From contig OU015566.1 of assembly GCA_907165135.1 (NCBI GenBank), positions 9,920,001-9,984,000 on the forward strand: DNA of 64,000 nt, given 5' to 3'. The translations under genes and the position numbers were made by a program. The first letter of the stretch is position 1; each line of letters opens with the position of its first letter. Below the pieces are notes generated by a model. It searched no databases, was not told the origin of the DNA, and worked only from the letters and a program-made list of their open reading frames with translations. Shown piece after piece: positions 11,456-21,099 of this stretch. The stretch is from Oikopleura dioica. Lineage: Eukaryota; Animalia; Chordata.

Positions 11456-13069
11456 ATGGAAAATCGAAGGTACTGTAACTCGCCAAAAAACACTCGTCGA
11501 ATCGATTTTCTTCAAAACAAATCAACGCCTAAATTTCTATTTATTTCAGCAAAAATGACTATGATCTCGACGATCTTGATGAGGAGTTTCGGCTGTTGAT
11601 AGCTAACGACAAAAAAGTATGGATCAAGATCCTGGACTTAGTGACCAAGCTCGCCACGAACGATCCGGGCTTAATGCGCTTGAAGACTATGTTACCTAAA
11701 GTTCAAAATTGTGACACCTACCTCACCTATTGGAACATCATCAAAACGAAGAGTATTCAGAAATCTCTTCCTGCCATCGAAGGCCCTGATGAGACGATCA
11801 CAGAAACGACCGCAGCGGAAAGTGATATAGAAGTAATTCAAACCGGAGAAGAAGAGCAGGAGGAGAACGCGACCGTTTCGATTCAAGAAATGTCAGACTT
11901 GTCCGATGCTCTTTCTCCTGAAGCACTTGCTCAGACAGCGGCCTTGCGTGCGCTCTACGCTCAAAGCGCGAAGAAACGATCAAGTACTGCATTGTCCTCT
12001 TCTGAACAATTGTCGCCACCATCATTTTACGTACCGCCGAAGAAACGTTTCATTGAAGTGACTCGAAATTCACCGAATAAACGAGTTACCCGACAGAATC
12101 TGCAAGAGAATACGCAGCACACTGGAATAACTCCTTTTACTCATGAAATATTGATGACTGAGGCAGACAAAAGCTTTACGAGGAACCTCCTTGGTCCTGG
12201 TTCCGCTGCAGAAAACTTAGCTCCTGCCCCAGTAGAGCCGACAATTTTGGAGGAAGTCGACGAAGACATTCAAGTCGTTTCCGAATTCGTCAACAAGCGC
12301 GGAACAGATCAATTTCCTTTCCTGGTGGCTATTCTTCTCAACGGCAACAACCCTAGATTCTGCGTAAATGTCGACGGCTACTTGCGAAGCTGCCGACCGT
12401 GTCATATCAACATGTCAAAGATGGAACTTCTTATCTTCTGCACTCGCGGTCGCGAAGGAGTGCAGTGCCGGGGAAAACACAAGTTGAGAGTCAAACACAA
12501 AGAAATGGTGCTCAAAGAGAAGGATTTTTCAAAACGATATCCTCGAAACAAACTCCGCTTGAACATTGAAAGGCCGGATCTCATCTATGATACGAAGAAC
12601 TACGAGGTTGTTTCATACGTATTATCCTCACTCCTTACTCTTACTTTAGGTCGTTCCTTACTTTTCATCCCAACATACATGCGAGCATCCGATCTCTTTC
12701 AAGGTAACTATTCATTGTTTTCACTTTTTAAAGTTTTCAGAGCATCAAAGCTGTGAAGGATGGACAAATTACGATTAAAGAGCTGCTTCCAACAAGCCGC
12801 AAGCACATAGAAAAAGAGATGATGTTGTAAGTTTCTGTTCTTGAATGAACTTATTCAAATTATCCTCTAGCCCATGCAAGACTGAAATCATCGATTCGTC
12901 GTACCCTCTTCCTCCTCCAGTAACGAGGCCACCCGTCGACAATCGCTGCCGTCCATCGAACCTCCCTGTTATTCCATTCGACGAACATCCGCATCCAGGT
13001 GGGCAAGAAATCAAGAAATCGGGGGAAATACTGACTGTTAAAATTGAAGTCACTGAGGACTGCCAGTAA
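11456..13069 (+). CDS. Uncharacterised protein 'B', paralogue of gene A (N-terminal helical domain + one C-C...HxC domain)
   Basis: Exon 1 ATG GAA AAT CGA AG|gt (11456-11469) splices in frame to 11550 and ORF 11596-12756. Later GT-AG introns give NYE|VVPYFSSQHTC and an end at TEDCQ* 13069. DEEFRLLIANDKKVW matches DEDFKRTMKERKEYW of gene A. Confidence 0.8.
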
Positions 13070-13317
13070 GACCAGCTGCGAAAAAACAATGGAACTGCCT
13101 TAAAATTATTTAATTATTTTTCTTTGCACTTTTACTGCCATAGTGCTCACTTTATTTATGTTCCTTCATTTAATAAAAATTAGAATCAAAGTTATCTCAT
13201 CAGCCAACCTTGTATCATTGATAGCAGGAATCTTGCCTGGAGTGCCAAAATATATCGGATCTTTTTATCAAAATCAAATAATTGCCGGCGATTTTTCTCA
13301 ATTTTCGCAGGTTCGAA

Positions 13318-14496
13318 ATGAGACTTTTATCCCTTCTTCCATTTTCATTTGCACAGAAACTTTCGCTCTTGAACGAAGTCGCTTACAAGTGGGTGCAGGA
13401 GAATGAAATCAAGACACTGATTTTCTTCGAGAGAGACAAAGATTGCTATCATTGCGAGAGCGCGTTGAAGGAAATTAAAAAAGTGGCAGAAAAGGTGGAC
13501 TTTGAAAAGGTTGCCTTTCATCGAATCAATTGCGATGATCAGCCGGGCATTTGCGAGGCAGAGGCTATTCGTAGATTTCCAACAGGAAAGGATTAATTAA
13601 ATAAAGCCCCGTTAGAAAATTAGAAAGGATATTTCGATCTCTAATAAGTCCGCTACTACGAGGACGGAGAACATCTTCGAGACTACTCTCAGCCCATCCT
13701 TGAAAATACCCTGGCGAACTGGCTAGTCAAAATCGTCGATTACATCCCGCTCCCCATCAGATCCGAGCGAGATCTCAACGATCTCAAAGAAATCTCCAAG
13801 CTTCCTCTGGCAATCGCTTTCTTCGACGAAACGCAAAAAGAAGAAATGACAGCGTTTACGCGAGTTGGAAATCGTTTTACAAACACATTTGAATTCGTCA
13901 AGGCGGACTTTGTTTCAGAAGAATATTTGGGTTACTACGGAAAGATTTTGGTGATCAAGGGAGAGGAAAAGATCGTGTACGATGAAGACAGCTTCGATCA
14001 AAAGCAGATGAACAGATGGTTCCAGGACATTTCGGTGAATTCCGGCTGCCCTACTATCTCTCCTAACACTCTTCACTGTAAGAATTTTCATTTCTCTATT
14101 GTCTTATATTTTTAGCGTATAAAAAGCCACTGATTATCGCTTTGATTAGTCAGGAACGATTCAAGGTGGAAAAGAAGTACTGGTGCAATAGAATTCAGTC
14201 TGTCACTGGAAACTTCCCGACTTTCAAATTCGCGATCGCTGATGTAATGGACTTTGCAGGGAAACCAGGAATGCGCAACGGGGAGATTGGTGGAGCAAGT
14301 TGGGATACGTCAAAGGTAAGCTTTGTTTTGAACTCTTCCATTTCTTGAAAAATTCTAGCCCCATTTGGTGATCATGGACGAACACGAACGAGTCTACCCG
14401 ATGCGCGAAGAGTACGACAACTTTAACATCCGCCGCTTTCTCACTTACTACGAAGATAACAAGCTGGAACCATTTGTCTCTCATTCAGAGCTCTAG
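13318..14496 (+). CDS. Protein disulfide isomerase-family protein (a-b-b' type, CYHC active site, C-terminal HSEL)
   Basis: Signal peptide MRLLSLLPFSFA, CxxC (CYHC), INCD...FPTVRYYEDG thioredoxin motif, ERp57/72-like b' segment KYWCNRI...FKFAIAD, ends SHSEL*. Confidence 0.82.
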
Positions 14497-14705
14497 AATT
14501 AAATATTTAATAAATGGCAAGTTGCTGTTCTCTCTTTTGTTCATTCAAGCGTGTTAAAAATAGGGAGCGCGTTGACCAGAGGTTCTGGTTGGCGGGCTTT
14601 CTACCGCGCCCAATGGTGGCGCTGAGATATTTGGACGGGCACGGGTAATCGGTGGTGGTGCTACTTTGAGTAATTGTAGAGAGAAGCCCGAAGTGATTTT
14701 GAAAA

Positions 14706-16192
14706 ATGGGGATATTTTCTTTATTAGTCTTTAATATCGTGGTTTCAGCGGTCAAAGATAAGGTAGGTTTTCTAGTCTTTATTATTAGATTGTATTTATT
14801 TACAGTGATTGTTGCAGTAAATAATTACCTTCTTTATTTCAGACTCTGGATAAGCCCCGGTTAAAATCATATTTCCTGCCTGAAGTAGACCAATACATTG
14901 ACTGGTGGAAAATCACTGACCAAAATTTCGACCAAAGAATACTCGAATCAGTGGATCCATGGATCGTCGTCATTGCGCCGGAGCATCAGATCCCCGTCGC
15001 TTGGAAAGAATACGCGATGAAATACAGAGGACTAGTCTTCTTCGGAAAGTTTTTTGACAAATGGGGCGAGAATTTGGAAGAAAGATTCGGCTACGAGGGC
15101 AAACCTAAAGTAAGTTTTCTTCTGAGTTTTGAGATAAATATTCAATTTTCAGGCCTTGGTGTATCCTTGGACAAGAGAGGCAAAAAAGAAAGGACCCGTG
15201 ATTACTGACGACTTTTCTGTTGCGATCGAAAAAGCGGTTGAAAGCCTCCCCGTCAAGAATCTTCAACGACTGACCTTCGATACAACCATTGTAAGCTCCT
15301 TCCTTTCTTTCCTTACTTTTACTGTTTCTCTAAGGAAGACCCTTCTAATATTGACGCTTTTCTAACAAACTCCCTCTACGGGGAAGAAAAGAAGCCCCGA
15401 TTCCCTGTGATCTTCTTGCTTTACGACAAAGAAGTCGAAGGAATTCCAGCCATTGCGCGATCAATTTCCCATTACTTCAGCGACTCGTTCAAATTCGCAT
15501 TCATAAAGTTTGAGCAACTCGTAGACTTGCGAAAAGTCTTTCCAGAGTATTACCCAACTGAGATGATCGATGAATTTCCGGATATTCTCGTTCCTTTGGG
15601 GAAAGAACCAGCTGATGATGCTGAAGAGGTAGGATAACTGTTAATTCTGATGGTTGATTGATCATTTTTCAGGAGGACTTTGAGCTGACATTTTCGGTGG
15701 TGCGAATGTCCAAGCAAAAATTCGGTAGTTCTTCGAAATTTAACGACGTCACTGGCTTCTTATTCTGGGTAAACGAGCAATTCCGCGAATCCCTTCCCGG
15801 TCGAGATCCAAACGAACACATGGATCAGACGACAATGGGGCCCATCAGAAACAAGCTCTGGAAAAGACTTGAAAGTAAGTTCTGCCAAATCGACAAAATA
15901 TGATTTTTTAGTAATTAAACCGGCTGTGATGAAGGCGCAAAAAGAAAATGATGTCATGAGAGCAGCAAAACGCTTTGAAAAGCTAAACGAAGCTGCAACC
16001 AAAATGGTCGAAGAGAATAAAAAAGAAGTTGAGCGGCTGAAAAAAGAGCTCGAAGACTCTGAAGAAAAGCTCAAGGAAACCGAGGCTAAACTCGAAGAAT
16101 CACAATCAAAGATCGAGGAAACCGAAGCAAAGCTTGAAAATGACGGGGCTAATGAGTCTTCTGATCCGCCTGAGAAGAGAGACGAGCTCTAG
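14706..16192 (+). CDS. ER-resident redox-inactive thioredoxin-fold protein with coiled-coil tail and C-terminal RDEL
   Basis: Signal peptide MGIFSLLVFNIVVSA. Trx-like segment KITDQNFDQRILESVDPWIVVI without CxxC. GT-AG exons. Ends PEKRDEL* (ORF 15869-16192). Confidence 0.75.
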
Positions 16193-16367
16193 AATTTACG
16201 CATGCTCTTATCAAATTAATTAGACTGATAAAACTTCTATTTCTGCTATATTAGACTTTAAAACTTGAACCTTGCCAAGGTCCAATAAACTCAATTCAGC
16301 AACAAAATAAAAAAATCCAAGTTGAAATTAAAAAATCATCCTCTTTTATGAAAATTTTGAAAAAGTA

Positions 16368-16439
16368 AGGGGACACCCGGGTTTGAACCGGGGACCTCTC
16401 GATCTGCAGTCGAATGCTCTACCACTGAGCTATATCCCC
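16368..16439 (-). tRNA. tRNA-Cys (GCA)
   Basis: Exact reverse complement of 16568-16639. Cloverleaf with GGGGATA/TGTCCCC acceptor stem, CTGCAGA anticodon loop, GTTCAAAC T-loop, and a T-run terminator. Confidence 0.97.
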
Positions 16440-16567
16440 ACTGGTGATGCCAGGGAGTTTTGGTTATTTGAATTAAATTTCACCGCTTGAGCCGGTTTAT
16501 TGTGGCAACAGATCCGGTTTTGCCGGGCAATCAAATCAAATATCCGAATTGGAGTGGCTTCCTCAGT

Positions 16568-16639
16568 GGGGATATAGCTCAGTGGTAGAGCATTCGACTG
16601 CAGATCGAGAGGTCCCCGGTTCAAACCCGGGTGTCCCCT
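16568..16639 (+). tRNA. tRNA-Cys (GCA)
   Basis: GGGGATATAGCTCAGTGGTAGAGCATTCGACTGCAGATCGAGAGGTCCCCGGTTCAAACCCGGGTGTCCCCT, 72 nt, followed by TTTTTT. Confidence 0.97.
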
Positions 16640-16686
16640 TACTTTTTTCATTTTCGAGTTTGCTCAACTTTAGTTTTTAGAAGAGA

Positions 16687-19600
16687 ATGGAAGGGGGCTT
16701 GGACCTGAATAATGTGCAGGAATTACAGTCGGAATTGAGTCGGTTGTATCGAGCACTAGAAGAGAGCGATCATGATATCAGAAAATACAGGGGTACTCAT
16801 TTCTAACTTCACTTTCTTTATAACGATTTTCTTACAGAGGAAAACAAGTCTCTCCGCGAAGAAAAGCAACTGTACCTCAGTTCAGCGAAGGCAGCCGATT
16901 CTGGCGACGCTGGACAATCGGCAAAAAAGATCATTGAGCTCAGCAAGAAAGTCCGTAACATAACAGCTGAAATGGAAAGCGCAAAGACAAAGGTCAGAAA
17001 CTCGGAGAAAGAGAATCGAGAGCTGAAGGCGAAAAATGACCTTTTGGCGGCAAAACTGAAGCAAAATAATATGGACTCTAATGTGTCAGGAAACGGTTGA
17101 ATCTTCGTACTTTCTTCCTTGTTTTCTAGCGCAATTTTTAACCGATTTGAAGACAGTGCGAGCGCATTTTCCCTACAGAACTTGTCAAAAAGATATGAAG
17201 CAGAGCTGCGAGAAAAAGCAAGGAGAGAAAAGGAACTGCAAACTCAAATTGAACAACTTCAACTGGAGATCAAGTCTCAGAAGAAAATACTTGAGCAAGA
17301 GCTTGGCGAGAACTTTACTTCAGCTTCTTCCCTGTTGAATGGGAACTGGAAAGGTCGACAGAATCAGATTATGGCCCTGCAAAGTCGAATCAAAGGGATG
17401 GTTCAATTTTTTTAACTTTATTTGGTAATTTCCTATTGAATGTCGATGAGATAATGAGGGATGTCGTATCCGAAGAGGTCAAAATCGGGCTTGTAGGTTT
17501 CGTAAATCTTCTCGAGCCAGTGTCGACCGAGTCCTTTGTAGTATCGGATGATCATCGAGTGATCTGTAGTCCGATTCTTCGTTGGGTACTCCGCTAGATG
17601 ACTAACTTTCATATCTTAAAAGATTTTAACCTCCGTCTATTTAGAAGTGTTTCACCTTCAAGAACAAACTGCGAATCCTCATTGACCGTTTCTAACTTTC
17701 CGATGAAATCCCAATCAAATGAGCAAATGCCACAAAGATCAACATATCTCTTCCAATGCCGGATTCGCGATCCTCCTGCAGCAAGGTCTACTCTTTTTGT
17801 CAAATACTTTTCTTGAGTTCACCTTGGTTTTTTCGATAGATTTCTTTCATATTTTGTTGAACTCTTTCTTGACAAAAGCATGAAAGCCTTCTTTGTCGAG
17901 ATCCATGAACTCATCAGCGTCGTGATCTTTTACTTTTCCGGGGATTTGGAAAGGCAGATTTCTTAGGAAATCGTATTGAACCTTGTCTCTATGAATTTTT
18001 TACTCAAGAGGACGTTTTCTCGAAGGATTACCTGTAAGCCGATAAGATTCGTTCAAGCGGATGACGGACAAAAATAAATTTGTAAAAGCTATCCACCATT
18101 TTTAGCCTTTCTTCTGCCGGCCATTCTGTAATGTATTTGTAGCCCTCTTCTCCGTAGTGACCGTGAGGCCCTTTTATGTCATCGAACGCTAGTTTTCCGA
18201 AGGTATTCGGTTGGATAAGCTGAAGCATCGTTCGCTTCCAATTTGTGCAGCCAACTTTCGGGAGCTCGCAGTAAAGTACCTTGTTGTTTTCATCAACGAC
18301 AAAGCGCACGTCAGGGCTTGACCCATTTCTCCAACTATCTTTTTCGGTTTTATTAAATCTATGTCTACAAGAAAAAAATCCTTTTTAAAACACATTCCTT
18401 GGACAGAAAATTCGGGTTTGAACTCTTCCGTTTGGCACAACTCGCGTAATCGTATCTTTCTAGCTTCGTACTCGCTTTCCCAGTCTAGATTCTCATACGG
18501 CTCATAATTTGAATCACCGGAGGATTCATCGTCTGTTTCTAGCGCCAAAAGACTTGAAGGATAGGCGAATTTTTTGCTACTTAAGGCGTTTTCCAATTTT
18601 GACCACTTTAATAAGCCTTTATTTATAAGTTCTTTCGTTTTATATTTCTGAGCATGGCTGTTGATTTTGAGTCCTTTGGTTTTACCCGGCAATTTTTTTC
18701 GGGCAACCCGCAGATTTTTTAGCGGGTTACTCGCACGGAGAGTCTTTTCACGGGCTACCCGCGCTACTTGACTTATCCTTTCCGCCGAGTAGCTCGCGAT
18801 TACCCGCAACCCTTTTTCTCTAGCCAATCAGACGAGCTAATTTTTTTCTTTCTACTCAAAATTTACGCGAGTAACTCGCGATTATCCTTTACCCATTTAC
18901 TCGATTTACTCGCGCGGGTCTCCGCCCGAGTAACCCGTAGAAAAATCTGCGGGTTGCCCGGAAAAAAATGCCGGGTAAAACCAAAGGACTCAAAATCAAC
19001 AGCCATGTTTCTGAGATTAAAAGGCTTTCCTGAGAGTTACAGACTGTTTTGTAAAGATCTCTTGAGTACTTTTTTGAAAATCAAAATCTCTGATACTAAA
19101 ATGGAAAACGTTCTCTTGATTTTCTTTTTTCACACACGTCCACCTTTGAATAAATTGCAGAGCTCAAGAAAAATCCCAAAAGAGTAAAAATTATAATTGT
19201 AAGCGTACTCGTTTTTCTCGGTGTTGAAATATAGATTTCCATTTTATTTTATAAGAAGAATGTTTTGAAGCAGAGAAGAGGATTATGAGTACCGCATGGT
19301 GCTGCCTCGGGCTTGAAAAATAATCTTTGTCCGGGTTAAGCCTTCGCGGAGTATGAAAGTCATAATAATTCAGCATGTGTCTATGTCGAATGTCTTCTTC
19401 TGATTTTCTTCATTCAGTGTAGAAAAATGCATTCATCAAAAATATTTATAAAATCATTTTGATAAAAGACCTTTTCTAAAACGTTTCATTTTAAAATGGT
19501 GATGCTGGTGGGTCGTCGATTGCCTATTTATGCGAGCGTCCATCAATGACAGATGAAACTTCTCTTTTCATCAGTTAATATCGCAACAGAAAATCTGTTC

Positions 19601-20629
19601 TCTGTTACAAAATTGAACCAGCTGGTCAGAACTTGAAAGATCAAAAAGTCAACAAAGCGCAGTTCCGGGGCAGCTGAAGGTAATCCAAATCGTTTGCAAG
19701 TTTCCTTACGTTTGAATTAGGAATTGACGAAACTGCACAAAGAAACAGTGGAAAAGCACAAGGCTGAAATAAGCAGTAAAGATGACCAAATCAAAGATCT
19801 GACGCAAAAAGTTCAACAAGTAAAAGTTCGATGCCAAACTCTTACGAATCACCAGCGAGTTTTGAAAGAACACTCTTTAGGGAAGGTTCGAAAAAGTCTC
19901 AAAAAGATTTCACTTGGACAATTTTAACCTGAAAAAGCACTAGAAGAAAAGACAAAACATGACGACGAACTAATTGAGGCTCTTTCCCAGCGAATCAAAC
20001 AAATTCCAGCAGCTGTTCATTCGGACGAGATTCCAAAAGGCCCAACTGTCAAGCTTGAGAGCAAAGAAACTTTGACCGAGATCAAAAATTTGAAAGAAAA
20101 AATCAACATTTTGGAGCAAACTGTCGCTAGAAAAGAAGAGCAAATTGATCAGCTTCACGGAGCTTGCGAGGTATTTTCCTTCTTGAACTAAAATTTTAAC
20201 CATTTTTGAAAGACATTGAGGAATGAAAATGAAAACTTGCAGAAATCAATTGTCAGCGGAGAGGTAGAAGTCAAGCGAAATATAGAGCGCGATAGTTTGG
20301 ATCTTGAAGCTCACGATACAGCCAGTAACGTTCAAATTCAAACCCTCGAGCGAGAGAAAGCTCTTGCTCAAGAACACCTCGACGAGTGCCGTAAAGAGCT
20401 ATCATCATTTATCGAGCGTTTTGATAGGTAAAAATGACCCGAAAGGATAAACTTCTGATTTTTAATTAGAACATCCTCTGACGAACTCCTGGCGGATGAT
20501 TTACGAAGCCTTCGAGCGGTTCTTCAAGCTCAAATTCAAGGTCGCTCAAAAGATACGAAGCGTTTTCAACAACTTCTTGAGCAAAATCGACTCGCCTTTT
20601 TAGAAGCCATTCAACTCCTGCAGAAATAA
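16687..20629 (+). CDS. CCDC13: Coiled-coil domain-containing protein 13 homologue; multi-exon with a ~2.2-kb intron
   Basis: KIIELSKKVRNITAEMESAKTKV, LEQELGENF...GNWKGRQNQIMALQSRI and LEEKTKHDDELIEAL match recalled CCDC13 conserved blocks. Ends FLEAIQLLQK*. Confidence 0.8.
17433..19376 (-). CDS. Carbohydrate sulfotransferase (Sulfotransfer_2; CHST8/9/11/13-like), nested antisense in the CCDC13 intron
   Basis: 5'-PSB LYCELPKVGCTNWKR, 3'-PB FIFVRHPLERILSAYR, HW...LCGIC...DFIGKLET, and C-terminal YKPDFDLFGY. Stop TAG at 17435-17433, AATAAA at 17422-17417. Confidence 0.9.
18653..19007. mobile_element. Non-autonomous DNA transposon (MITE), hAT-like, ~88-bp TIRs, 8-bp TSD TTTCTGAG
   Basis: Ends catggctgttgattttgagtcctttggttttacccggc... 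and ...gccgggtaaaaccaaaggactcaaaatcaacagccatg. Identical tttctgag at 18645-18652 and 19008-19015. Confidence 0.9.
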
Positions 20630-21099
20630 TCATTCTTTTTGTTCTTGCTTGTTTTCCTTTTTTATTTTTCTATGCAATAAATTGCTATTTTTATATGAAA
20701 CTGGAAGCCTCATTCCTAACAGAGTTAAACTGCTCCGATTCGCCAGTAAAGACAAAAAGCTAGCGCATGTCTCAAGCGTCAGAGTAAAAGGCCAACGCGG
20801 ATTTTTTTCGAAACACGCGATTGCAAAAAATCTTAAAAGCTCACTTGCTAACCTTTCCTCAAAATTCCTAAACCTTTCCCGAATTCTCCTGACATTTTGC
20901 TATGTACCGTTGTTACTCGTACTAGAATCAACGAAGAGGCGCATTTTCTGGCAAATATTTTATTTATTGAATAGGTTTTTATATTTACATTGCGATGTGG
21001 TGTGGTTTAAAGGATATAATAAGTTTAATTATGAACACTGGCAAGTTTTTTATATAAAATGGAAGATCATTCAGCCAGCATTTTAATTTAGAATAGCGC

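Noticed and set aside
14600-14640. CCAAT/GC-rich stretch between the two PDI-like genes as a possible ER-stress element
   Set aside because: Does not match ERSE (CCAAT-N9-CCACG) or ERSE-II consensus.
17800-17870. Possible AA-AG intron giving FVK|YLTKR in the sulfotransferase
   Set aside because: An in-phase canonical GT-AG alternative exists, so the junction cannot be decided without RNA data.
18189-19187. ORFs 18189-18827 (-) and 18768-19187 (+) running through the MITE
   Set aside because: Their repeat-derived parts are translations of the TIRs. Only the 3' part of 18189-18827 is a sulfotransferase exon. No transposase motifs.
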